From Chloroflexota bacterium (GTDB taxonomy: Bacteria; Chloroflexota; Dehalococcoidia; Dehalococcoidales; JAZDNC01), in assembly GCA_043818655.1 (NCBI GenBank), contig JBDRFO010000099.1:1-37680 (forward strand): a stretch of 37,680 bases of DNA, read 5' to 3'. Position numbers and translations under genes: made by a program. Shown in pieces: positions 26,744 to 35,066 of this stretch; position 1 is the first letter of the stretch, and every line of letters begins with the position of its first letter. Under the pieces are notes generated by a model, which was not told the DNA's origin, searched no databases, and saw only the letters and a list, made by a program, of their open reading frames with translations.

Positions 26744-27796
26744 CTAGCCCCCGGCAAGGGCATCGTAGAAGGCTTTCCAGAACGGGTCAACGATGGGGTG
26801 CTTCAGCTCACCTTCCTTCCCGTTCGCAACAAGAACCATACCCGCATCTTTCGGCATCAGCTCGCCAACGATAGATGATTTGATATTCTTTTTCGTAAGG
26901 GCATCAACTACTGCCTGAGCCTTGTGCGGGCGGCAGGAGAGAATGAGCGTTCCTTCGCTGATTGAGGCGTAGGGGTCAATGCCAAAGTAGCCGCAAATCT
27001 CCTTGACGCCGTCTTCAACGACAATCTTCTCCTTCTCGACCCTCACCCCGAATCCGGAGGACTGCCCCAGCTCGAAAAGCCCTCCCCAGATGCCGCACTC
27101 GGTGGCATCATGCATTGAGGAGACGCCGTTATCCCTGACGCCGACCGAGACTGCGGTCATGCCGTCCTCCACCACGGACATCTTGTAGAAAATCTGTTCC
27201 GCCTTCCGGGCAAAGTCGCGCCCGAACTCCTTCTCAAGCACGTTTGGGAGTGCCGCGGCGAAGATACCGGAAGCCTCGATTGCCGGCCCCTTGGTGATGA
27301 TGATTTTATCCCCGACCTTCGCCAGCTTCGGGGTAACGTACTGGTCTTTCCCCCCGACGCCGATAACCGTGGCGCCGCCGACCATGGGATAATGACAGTT
27401 CTCGTACCGCGCCGTATGCCCGGTGATAACGTTAATGCCCATCCGCGCGCACTCGCGGTGGATGGTATCCCACATGATGGTAAGCTGCTCCTTGGTGATC
27501 TCCATGGGCAGGTTGAGGTCGATGGTGAGGAATTTCGGAGGAAGACCGCTGGTTACCGAATCGGAGGCAAGGATGTTGATCGCAAACCAGGCAGCCCTTT
27601 CCCAGCCGTATTCGGGGACGATAAATACCGGGTCTGTCGTCAGGGAAACCGCCATATCGCCGATCTCGATGATACCCACGTCCACCCCGTGCTGCGGCCC
27701 GACAATTACCTTATCGCTCTTCGCTCCCAGCCGCGGGTAGATAATCTCGTTGAAAATCTCCGGGGAAATTTTACCGATGGTCGGCATCTCAGCCAT
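26744..27796 (-). CDS. AIR synthase-related (PurM/HypE/ThiL superfamily) protein
   Basis: 350 aa with the PurM-superfamily layout: N-domain GPQHGVDVGIIEIGD..LTTDP..., then ...VITGHTARY...GGATVIGVG. SD AGGAGG lies 9 nt before the ATG. Same strand as thi4, 104 bp downstream of it. Confidence 0.85.
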   Translation of the reverse strand: MAEMPTIGKISPEIFNEIIYPRLGAKSDKVIVGPQHGVDVGIIEIGDMAVSLTTDPVFIVPEYGWERAAWFAINILASDSVTSGLPPKFLTIDLNLPMEITKEQLTIMWDTIHRECARMGINVITGHTARYENCHYPMVGGATVIGVGGKDQYVTPKLAKVGDKIIITKGPAIEASGIFAAALPNVLEKEFGRDFARKAEQIFYKMSVVEDGMTAVSVGVRDNGVSSMHDATECGIWGGLFELGQSSGFGVRVEKEKIVVEDGVKEICGYFGIDPYASISEGTLILSCRPHKAQAVVDALTKKNIKSSIVGELMPKDAGMVLVANGKEGELKHPIVDPFWKAFYDALAGG

Positions 27797-27900
27797 TTAA
27801 ATCTTGCCTCCTTTAGAAAATGTGCCATCCTCTCCAGAATTACAACTGGGAAATTCTGGCTTCGTCATACCCTTTTATTTATCTTTGCCGCGCTTCCCGG

Positions 27901-28734
27901 CTATTGTGAAACGGGGCGCTTAATCAGCTCGGCAGCCACATCCGCCGCTCTTTTCCCGGAGAAGAGCATCCCGCCAAAGATAGCGCCCATACGCGGCAAA
28001 CCAAGGGAGGCATTTACCGCCATGCCGGCAACCATGAGGCCGGGGTATAACTCTTTCGTGTTATCCGTAATCTCTTTTTCCGCCGTCTCAGCCCACATGG
28101 ATTTTTCACCGACAATGCCGCCGGTTTTTGTTGCCAGCTTCTGTCCGACCTTGCGCACAAATATGCGGCACACATCAGCCTCGTGCCCGGTAGCATCGAT
28201 CACCATCTTTGACCTTATGGTGAGCGGGTCAACATGCAGGTTTGCCATCTCTGTCGCTGTCCAGTTTAAGACTAACCCGGCTACCCGGTCGTTTTCTCGG
28301 ATCATCACGTCCTCAACAGTGATGAGGTTAAAGATGCGCGTTCCTGCCCTGACACACCTGTAACAGAGTGCCGTTGCTGTTTCAATCGAGTCGGCAACAA
28401 GGTAGTCTCTCTCGTACTCTTTGCTGGCTATCCCGAACTCATCCAGAATGCTCGCCGCTTCCTTTTCCATCACTATTTTATTGAACATCATGCCACCAGC
28501 CCAGATGCCGCCGCCGGTGCTCATTCTTTTTTCAAAGATAACGGTCTTTACCCCTTTTTGGGCCAGGTAGTAGCCGGCCGTAAGTCCTGAAGGCCCGGCA
28601 CCGACTATAGCGACATCGACATCCATGTATTCCATAAGCTCTTTGTAGTAGCTTTCAACTATCGCCTTGGAAATGATGATTTCATCCACTTTGACTTCCT
28701 CCTGATAATTATTTTCCGAAAAATGGTATGGCAT
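27901..28734 (-). CDS. thi4: Thi4-family thiazole synthase (archaeal/eukaryotic type)
   Basis: 277 aa. Dinucleotide-binding VAIVGAGPSGLTAGYYLA, GGGIWAGGMMF and VIDATGHEADV motifs. Preceded by a TPP riboswitch. Confidence 0.92.
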   Translation of the reverse strand: MPYHFSENNYQEEVKVDEIIISKAIVESYYKELMEYMDVDVAIVGAGPSGLTAGYYLAQKGVKTVIFEKRMSTGGGIWAGGMMFNKIVMEKEAASILDEFGIASKEYERDYLVADSIETATALCYRCVRAGTRIFNLITVEDVMIRENDRVAGLVLNWTATEMANLHVDPLTIRSKMVIDATGHEADVCRIFVRKVGQKLATKTGGIVGEKSMWAETAEKEITDNTKELYPGLMVAGMAVNASLGLPRMGAIFGGMLFSGKRAADVAAELIKRPVSQ

Positions 28735-28850
28735 ATTCCTGCTGTCGCGTCAAGAGTTCAGGTGGGTTTTCTAGCTGGTAACATACTCTCCTCCTAATCT
28801 GCCCTCTCCCGGTTTCGTATTCTCTCCAGGAGGATGGATGGAAAAGATAT

Positions 28851-28893
28851 AACAAAAAAAACCAGAAGCTTATGTCCAAGACGTTCTTCTGGT
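28851..28893 (-). terminator. Intrinsic terminator forming the TPP-riboswitch expression platform
   Basis: On the minus strand: ACCAGAAG (28893-28886), 17-nt loop, CTTCTGGT (28868-28861), then TTTTTTTGTT. It begins 6 nt after the aptamer 3' end and lies 116 nt before the thi4 ATG. Confidence 0.7.
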
Positions 28894-28899
28894 TTCATT

Positions 28900-28994
28900 T
28901 ATCACTTCCCTCCGCTCGCATTACCGAGATCAGGTTCCAAGGGTTGCCCTTCCTTGCGGAAGAACTCTCAGCCTTACGGCTCCCCCAGTCGATA
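28900..28994 (-). promoter_or_regulatory. TPP (THI-box) riboswitch aptamer
   Basis: The minus strand reads tatcgacuGGGGAGCCGUAAGGCUGAGAGUUCUUCCGCAAGGAAGGGCAACCCUUGGAACCUGAUCUCGGUAAUGCGAGCGGAGGGAAGUGAUA. This contains the conserved GGGG.GC...GCUGAGA...ACCC...ACCUGAUC.GG.UAAUGC.AGCG.AGGGAA blocks and a closing P1 (UAUC.ACU / AGUGAUA). Confidence 0.88.
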
Positions 28995-29089
28995 CTTTCT
29001 AATGCTATCACAGGGAAATTTAAAATGTCAATGTGTCGGAAAGTGCGGCAAAGTCCAAACGTTGAGTTTTGTTAGGCACTCTCTTTCTG

Positions 29090-29118
29090 TTGACACTTGC
29101 ACAACCTACGTTTATAAT
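29090..29118 (+). promoter_or_regulatory. Perfect-consensus sigma-70 promoter
   Basis: TTGACA (29090-29095), exactly 17 nt, TATAAT (29113-29118). ATGATG begins 5 nt after the -10 element. Confidence 0.55.
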
Positions 29119-29122
29119 TCTC

Positions 29123-29362
29123 ATGATGTTAGGTGATGTTAATATCATCATAAAAAAACTATCCCCTAAGATGTGGTGGGTGATTATTGGTGCTTCTGTT
29201 TTCTTATTCATAATACAAAAAGGAGCAACTGCAACATTAATCATAGTTTTAGCTGTTGGCTATGTATCATTCATGACTAATTTAACTAGCATCCGTTATT
29301 CACACACGAACCTAGCCCTACTTTATGGATTGTTGCTGCTGTTTGTTTTTTATTTGTTCTAA
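29123..29362 (+). CDS. Hypothetical small membrane protein, possibly leaderless
   Basis: 79 aa from ATG 29123 (or 29126) with three hydrophobic segments (MWWVIIGASVFLFII, TLIIVLAVGYVSFM, LALLYGLLLLFVFYLF). No SD is present, and the start coincides with the expected +1 of the consensus promoter. Lies in an AT-rich island. Confidence 0.35.
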   Translation: MMLGDVNIIIKKLSPKMWWVIIGASVFLFIIQKGATATLIIVLAVGYVSFMTNLTSIRYSHTNLALLYGLLLLFVFYLF

Positions 29363-29482
29363 TTCTTGGCTTCTTTTTTGTGCCACACGAATGGTCTTTA
29401 TTAGCAAAACAACTAGCACCAATATCAGGAGAAACAAAGCCAGCTCCCTTACAATCTCCGTTGCCGTAAATGTAACATCCAT
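29318..29482 (-). CDS. Hypothetical 54-aa single-pass membrane protein (below the ORF-track cutoff)
   Basis: My translation is MDVTFTATEIVRELALFLLILVLVVLLIKTIRVAQKRSQELEQIKNKQQQQSIK. AGGAGGA lies 7 nt upstream of the ATG, and TTGACC-18 nt-TAAAGT lies further upstream. Its 3' end overlaps the 29123..29362 ORF by 45 bp. Confidence 0.35.
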   Translation of the reverse strand: MDVTFTATEIVRELALFLLILVLVVLLIKTIRVAQKRSQELEQIKNKQQQQSIK

Positions 29483-29580
29483 TAAACCATCCTCCTATTT
29501 AGGCACTCTCCCACAAGATTTAACTTTACCGACAGTGCCGGTAGTGGGTCAATTTGGAATTAATAATTTGAATTAAAATA

Positions 29581-30249
29581 ATGTCCACCGAAGTCTTTGA
29601 CCGCATCGCCGGAAGCTGGTATAACTTCTTCCACTATACCCGCTTCAAAACGGAGCTTGAGGCTTTAGCCCGTCGCTGGCAGAAGGGGAAACTCCTCAAC
29701 TTGGGCTGCGGGCATGGTGCCGATTTTCTCCCCTTTGTTTCGGGTGCTTTCTGTCTGACCGGTGTGGACTATTCGCTTGAGATGCTGCGGCTTGCCCGGA
29801 AGTATGCCCGTAAATTTCACTTTCGTCTCAATCCAGTGCTGGCTGATGTCAGCGAGCTTCCTTTCGCAGATGAGACCTTTGACTTTGCCATCGCTGTTGC
29901 CACCTACCATCACCTGAAGGGTAAAGAGCAGAGAGAGCGGGCGGTAAGCGGGCTTTACCGCATCCTGAAACCCGGTGGTGAAGCCTTCATCACGGTTTGG
30001 AACCACAACCAGCCGCGCTTTTTCCTCAGGGGGAAAGAGGTGAATGTCCCCTGGCGGACTAAAGATGAGGTTCTCTACAGATATTACTACCTTTTTTCTT
30101 ATCCGGAACTGGGAAAGCTGGTAAAAGAGTCCGGATTCAGCATCATCGGGTCATTTCCAGAGAAAGCATATTTTTTCCCTGTAAAATACTTCTCTCGCAA
30201 TATCTGTCTTCTGGTAAAGAAAGAGACTGGTCATCGCGAGCCTGCGTAA
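29581..30249 (+). CDS. Class I SAM-dependent methyltransferase
   Basis: 222 aa with motif I LLNLGCGHGADF and post-I/II spacing typical of Methyltransf_11. Confidence 0.85.
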   Translation: MSTEVFDRIAGSWYNFFHYTRFKTELEALARRWQKGKLLNLGCGHGADFLPFVSGAFCLTGVDYSLEMLRLARKYARKFHFRLNPVLADVSELPFADETFDFAIAVATYHHLKGKEQRERAVSGLYRILKPGGEAFITVWNHNQPRFFLRGKEVNVPWRTKDEVLYRYYYLFSYPELGKLVKESGFSIIGSFPEKAYFFPVKYFSRNICLLVKKETGHREPA

Positions 30250-30253
30250 ATGT

Positions 30254-30379
30254 GTCATTGCGGGCGTAAGCGAAGCAATCTGTCTGCTACAATCGGATTT
30301 TACGGATTGCTTTGGGCTTCGCCTTCGCAATGACGGTGGGTGCTTGAGATTACTTCGTCGCAACGCTTCTCGCAATGAC
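30254..30379. repeat. Hairpin-repeat family cluster (one left arm, two right arms)
   Basis: Left arm gtcattgcgggcgtaagcgaagcaatc (30254-30280). Right arms ggattgctttgggcttcgccttcgcaatgac (30304-30334) and gattacttcgtcgcaacgcttctcgcaatgac (30348-30379). The loop carries ggattttacggattgc, the complement of the gcaatccgtaaaatc found in the 26052 copy. Confidence 0.8.
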
Positions 30380-30498
30380 AGCTATCGTGCTGACATAGCA
30401 CGGGAATATTGACAGAACATCTCATTATGTCTAATATTTATAGCTGATAGTTCATGCGAAATGGGGAAAATGACGGTATTTTACGATAGGAGGTTATC

Positions 30499-30681
30499 AT
30501 GCCTGTTGTTACGGTCGAGATGTGGGAAGGACGCACGATTGAGCAGAAGAAACAGCTTGCTGAGGGGATAACCGGTGCCTTTGTTAAAATTGGCACGCCT
30601 GCCGATGCTGTCAGTATTATTATCCGGGATATTGCCAAGCACAATTGGGCGAGCGGCGGGAAGCTGGCTTCGGAAAAGTAG
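30499..30681 (+). CDS. 4-oxalocrotonate tautomerase family enzyme
   Basis: 60 aa, MPVVTVEMWEGRTIEQKKQLAEGIT..., with the catalytic Pro-1 context. SD AGGAGG lies before the ATG. Confidence 0.85.
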   Translation: MPVVTVEMWEGRTIEQKKQLAEGITGAFVKIGTPADAVSIIIRDIAKHNWASGGKLASEK

Positions 30682-30783
30682 CCGGGAACGTGATGCGGGG
30701 CAAAATTTTTACCGGATTTTTTGATCGGGCACTTTTCTTTTCGGAAATATCGTGCTATACTATTGGCAATTCAGTTAACCAGA

Positions 30784-30908
30784 GCTTCCTGGTGGTTGGA
30801 GCGGAGTGGAACCACCCGTTCCCATCCCGAACACGGAAGTGAAACGCTCCAGCGCAGACGATACTGAGGGGGCAACTCCTTGTGGAAAATAGGTCACTGC
30901 CAGGAGGC
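30784..30908 (+). rRNA. rrf: 5S ribosomal RNA, not linked to 23S/16S in this window
   Basis: Helix I gcttcctgg / ccaggaggc. Conserved core ACCCGTTCCCATCCCGAACACGGAAGTGAAAC...GATACTG. An extended -10 (TGCTATACT, 30753-30761) lies about 20 nt upstream. Confidence 0.9.
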
Positions 30909-31010
30909 TTTGGTAAACTGGTTAACATTTGGGCACCAGGACAGGCCCCGACCTAGGTATTGATAATGATCTCCCACCAAACCTTTATTGATGGTGTTTC
31001 CCCCTAGATT

Positions 31011-31039
31011 TTGACCTTTGCTTCTGGATGCTTTATAAT
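31011..31039 (+). promoter_or_regulatory. Candidate sigma-70 promoter of clpC
   Basis: TTGACC (31011-31016), 17-nt spacer, TATAAT (31034-31039), about 57 nt before the ATG. Confidence 0.55.
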
Positions 31040-31096
31040 TACAGCAGAATGACAACTCTGCTAGCGTGATGCGGAAGCAAACAGAAGGAGGACAGG

Positions 31097-33592
31097 ATGG
31101 CTAGCCGATTTGAGAAATTTTCCGAAAGGGCTCGTCGAGTTCTGACCCTGGCTCAAGAGGAAGCCCAGCATCTGAACCATAATTATATTGGGACAGAGCA
31201 TATTTTGCTGGGCCTGGTACGGGAGGAAGAAGGGGTTGCCGCTAAGGTTCTGGTGAACCTTGGGACCGGTCTGAACAAGGTTCGATCAGCGGTAGAATTT
31301 ATCATTGGCCGCGGTGAGAAACCTGGCAGCGGTGAGATCGGGCTTACCCCAAGGGCAAAGAGGGTTATTGAGTTGGCCATCGATGAGGCACGTCATCTTG
31401 GTCATAACTATATTGGGACGGAGCATCTTTTACTGGGGCTACTCAGAGAGGGTGAGGGAGTAGCTGCCGGTGTGCTTGACAGTCTGGGCATCACCCTGGA
31501 GCGGGCGCGTGCGGAAACCGTCCGCATCCTGAGTCATGAAACTTCCAAATCCCGTGTCATGCGCACCGGCAGCCGGACGCCGACGCTGGATCAGCTCAGT
31601 ATTGACCTGACTGCCCTGGCTCATGCCGGAAAGCTTGACCCGGTTATCGGACGCAACAAGGAGATTGAGCGGGTAACACAGATTCTCTCCCGGCGTACCA
31701 AGAACAACCCTGCTCTTATCGGGGAACCTGGTGTCGGGAAGACCGCCATTGTTGAAGGGCTGGCGCACCGCATTATTGCCGGTGACGTCCCTGAAACGCT
31801 TGAAGGGAAACGGCTGATTACGCTGGATATGCCTATGGTGGTTGCCGGTACCAAGTACCGTGGTGAGTTTGAAGAGCGCCTGAAGAAAATCATCGAGGAA
31901 CTGAAGGCATCAGGGAATATTATTCTCTTTATTGATGAGTTCCACACCATTGTCGGCGCCGGTGCGGCTGAAGGTGCCGTGGATGCTGCCAATATCCTCA
32001 AGCCATCCCTGGCGCGTGGTGAACTGCAGTGTATCGGTGCCACCACTCTTGATGATTTCCGGAAATACATCGAGCGCGACCCCGCGCTGGAGCGTCGCTT
32101 CCAGCCGGTACTGGTCGAAGAGCCCTCGGTTGAGGATACGGTGAAGATTCTGCATGGTATTCGGGGGCGCTATGAAGAGCACCACAAGCTGGCGATAGAC
32201 GAAGATGCCCTTGCCCTGGCGGCAAATCTTGCCGCGAGGTATATCCCCGACCGTTTCCTGCCGGATAAGGCAATTGACGTGGTGGATGAAGCGGCATCGA
32301 GGGTAAGAATCCGGCACCGCACGATCCCCATTGGCCTCAGGGAGCTAAAGCAGGCCGAAGAGTCCGTGCGTAAGGACAAGGATGCTGCGCTGGCGACACA
32401 GCAGTATGACCATGCGGCGGAGCTAAGGGAGCGGGAGCTTCAAATTGAAGAAAAGATCAAGATGTTTGAGGCGGAGTGGCATGCCGAGCAGAAGAACCAG
32501 AAACCGGTGGTCACGATTAAGGATATCGCTGATGTGGTGAGCATGTGGACAGGGATTCCCGTGGCACAAATCAGCGAGGATGAGACGGCGAGACTCCTTG
32601 AGATGGAAAAAGCGCTGCATAAGCGTATTGTCGGTCAGGATGAGGCGATTACAACCATTGCCAAGGCCGTCAGGCGGGCACGCGCCGGGCTGAAAGACCC
32701 GAGACATCCGATCGGGAACTTCATTTTTCTCGGTCCCACCGGCGTCGGTAAGACCGAGCTTGTGCGGGCGCTCGCTGAGTTCATGTTTGGCAGCGATGAT
32801 GCCCTGATCCGGATTGATATGTCTGAGTTCATGGAGAAGTTTGCTGTCTCGCGACTGGTCGGTGCGCCTCCCGGATATGTCGGCTACGATGAAGGAGGAC
32901 AGCTTACGGAAGCTGTGAGACGCAAGTCCTACTGTTGCATCCTGCTGGATGAGATTGAGAAAGCGCATCCGGATGTCTTCAATATCCTGCTCCAAATATT
33001 TGATGATGGGCATTTAACTGATGCTAAGGGACGCCGTGTTGACTTCCGGAATACCATTATTGTCATGACCTCGAACATCGGGGCTGAAGTCATCCGGAAA
33101 GGCTCAACCATGGGTTTTACCTCCCACATTAACGAGGTTAAAACGCAGCAGCTGGAATACGAAACGATGAAGGGCAAGCTCCTGGGTGAACTCAAGAAGA
33201 CCTTCCGTCCCGAGTTTTTGAACCGGATTGACGGCGTGCTTGTCTTCCACGCACTTAATAAAGAGCAGATACGGCAGATCGTTGACCTGATGCTGTCCAC
33301 TGTGAGCAAGCAGGTTGCCGAGAAGGATATCACGCTTGAGGTTACCGATGCCGCCAAGGATTTCCTGGGTATCAAGGGGTATGATGAGGTCTATGGTGCC
33401 AGGCCGCTGCGTCGTGTCATCCAGAACCTGATCGAAGATAAGCTGGCGGACGAGATACTTCACGGTAACTTCAAAGCCAAGGACACCGTGGTGGTTGATA
33501 TTGCCGGTGAGGAGATCGTCATGCACCGGAAGGAAGATGAGACCATCCCCCCGGCGCCGGTAGAGGCACTTTCTGGAAATAGCAAATCGTAA
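31097..33592 (+). CDS. clpC: ATP-dependent Clp protease ATP-binding subunit ClpC
   Basis: 831 aa. Duplicated Clp_N repeat ([12 protein letters not shown] / [12 protein letters not shown]), Walker A GEPGVGKT and GPTGVGKT, and a UVR-like linker. SD GAAGGAGG. Confidence 0.95.
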   Translation: MASRFEKFSERARRVLTLAQEEAQHLNHNYIGTEHILLGLVREEEGVAAKVLVNLGTGLNKVRSAVEFIIGRGEKPGSGEIGLTPRAKRVIELAIDEARHLGHNYIGTEHLLLGLLREGEGVAAGVLDSLGITLERARAETVRILSHETSKSRVMRTGSRTPTLDQLSIDLTALAHAGKLDPVIGRNKEIERVTQILSRRTKNNPALIGEPGVGKTAIVEGLAHRIIAGDVPETLEGKRLITLDMPMVVAGTKYRGEFEERLKKIIEELKASGNIILFIDEFHTIVGAGAAEGAVDAANILKPSLARGELQCIGATTLDDFRKYIERDPALERRFQPVLVEEPSVEDTVKILHGIRGRYEEHHKLAIDEDALALAANLAARYIPDRFLPDKAIDVVDEAASRVRIRHRTIPIGLRELKQAEESVRKDKDAALATQQYDHAAELRERELQIEEKIKMFEAEWHAEQKNQKPVVTIKDIADVVSMWTGIPVAQISEDETARLLEMEKALHKRIVGQDEAITTIAKAVRRARAGLKDPRHPIGNFIFLGPTGVGKTELVRALAEFMFGSDDALIRIDMSEFMEKFAVSRLVGAPPGYVGYDEGGQLTEAVRRKSYCCILLDEIEKAHPDVFNILLQIFDDGHLTDAKGRRVDFRNTIIVMTSNIGAEVIRKGSTMGFTSHINEVKTQQLEYETMKGKLLGELKKTFRPEFLNRIDGVLVFHALNKEQIRQIVDLMLSTVSKQVAEKDITLEVTDAAKDFLGIKGYDEVYGARPLRRVIQNLIEDKLADEILHGNFKAKDTVVVDIAGEEIVMHRKEDETIPPAPVEALSGNSKS

Positions 33593-33609
33593 TAAAATAG
33601 TGTATATTT

Positions 33610-33655
33610 AAAGGGGCGGAAAAACGGAGAGGGATTGCCGCCCCTTTCTTTTATT
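33610..33655 (+). terminator. Rho-independent terminator after clpC
   Basis: AAAGGGGCGG (33610-33619) pairs with CCGCCCCTTT (33638-33647) and is followed by CTTTTATT. Confidence 0.75.
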
Positions 33656-33678
33656 GGACAACTAGAAGGGAGACTCTG

Positions 33679-33900
33679 GTGGCTCAGGAGAGAATCGAAT
33701 TTCCTATTCCTGGTAAGGTTATCGGGGTTAATGTCAGGCAGGGTGGTGTGGTGAAGGAAGGCGATGTCATCTGCACACTGGAATCAATGAAGATGGAAAA
33801 CCCCATTGTGTCTCCAGTTGATGGTACTGTGGTGGAGATAAAACTCACCCCTGGTCAGGTAGTTGAGTCCGGCGACCTGGTAGCTATTATCGAATATTAA
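33679..33900 (+). CDS. Stand-alone biotinyl/lipoyl-domain protein (biotin carboxyl carrier-like)
   Basis: 73 aa with the biotinylation-type motif LESMKMEN inside a hammerhead-like ...GDVICTLESMKMENPIVSPVDGTV.... GTG start with AAGGGAG upstream. Confidence 0.85.
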   Translation: MAQERIEFPIPGKVIGVNVRQGGVVKEGDVICTLESMKMENPIVSPVDGTVVEIKLTPGQVVESGDLVAIIEY

Positions 33901-33917
33901 TAGTGAGGAGGAGTCTC

Positions 33918-34939
33918 GTGGACACACTGAACATTGTCGTTGCCACTTCTATCCCTGGCTCATCAGTCCCCAGCAGCGGGATGGATGCGGAAAGCCTGAA
34001 GAAGATTCAAGATATCAGTCCCCGCATCAAGATTACCGATGTTACCGTTCCGCTGAGTAAAGAGCTCAGGGGGGATATGTCCTCAAAGGCAGAACTTGAT
34101 GCCGCCTTTGCTCAGGCCGAGGTAATCTTTGGGTTCAGGTTGCCTGGTGACATCATCAAGCGCGCTCCCAGGCTGAAATGGGTACAGATGAGGTCAGCCG
34201 GTGTCGAAAGATACCTCACTCCGGAGATGATCAACAGCCCGGTCGTGCTGACCATGCCAGCGGCTTGCTGGCGATACCGATCAGCGAGTGGGTAACTATG
34301 GTCATGCTGATGTTTGCCAAGAACATGCCGGCGTATTTGGATCTGAAAAAAGAGAAAAAATGGCAGAGACTGAGCGGCAACCTGCTTTACGGAAAGACAG
34401 CAGGTGTCGTCGGGCTGGGGCACATTGGGATAGAGGTCGCAAAGCGCGCCAAAGCCCTCGGTATGAGGATCATGGCAACGAAGCGTTCTGCCAAACCCGG
34501 TCAGCGCACCAGATATGCTGACGAGCTGGTAACAACAGCGCAGCTACCGAGACTTCTTGCGGAAAGCGATTACGTCGTCATCACGCTGCCTTATACTGCG
34601 GAGACGCACCATATGTTCGGGGAAAAAGAGTTGCGTGCCATGAAACCCACGGCTCGTATCCTCAACATCGGGCGGGGTAAGATTATTGATGAAGAGGTGC
34701 TTATCCGTGCCCTTGAGGAGCGATGGATTGCCGGTGCCGGGCTGGATGTTTTTGATACCGAACCCCTGTCACCGGAAAGCAAACTCTGGGGGATGCCTAA
34801 TGTCATCCAGACCCCGCATGCTTCCGGCAGCTGGGAAGGTTCCACAACCGCACCGACTGACCTTTTCATTGATAACCTGAAGCGCTATGTTACCGGCAAA
34901 AGGCTTATCAACAGGGTGGATAAGAAAAAAGGGTATTAG
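33918..34939 (+). pseudogene. D-isomer-specific 2-hydroxyacid dehydrogenase, frame-disrupted
   Basis: The N-terminal part (GTG 33918 with GAGGAGG upstream) runs to ...INSPVVLT. The rest (ASGLLAIPISEWV...GVVGLGHIGIEVAKRAKALGM...NIGRG...TPHASG) is in another frame. One base is missing near 34253/34254; for example, accAatgcc would give VVLTNASG. Confidence 0.8.
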
Positions 34940-35026
34940 ATATTAGAGCAGGATTTAACTTACCTTACTTAATTCCCCGACCATAAGGTCGCGGGGAGTT
35001 TATCAAAAGACATTGTGTTTCAAACT

Positions 35027-35066
35027 GAGGGGGAACAGGCGAAAGGTTCCCCCTCATTGTTTTTTC
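35027..35066 (+). terminator. Terminator hairpin between convergent genes
   Basis: GAGGGGGAAC (35027-35036) pairs with GTTCCCCCTC (35046-55) and is followed by ATTGTTTTTT. The T-tract overlaps the last codons of the minus-strand methyltransferase. Confidence 0.55.

Noticed and set aside
27392-28363. 323-aa plus-strand ORF bridging the AIR-synthase-like gene and thi4
   Set aside because: It runs antisense across two independent, well-supported genes and their intergenic spacer, so it cannot be a conserved protein. This is a shadow ORF. The same reasoning applies to 1211..1861, 8330..8947, 9788..10477, 20146..20838, 21198..21956 and 32423..33013.
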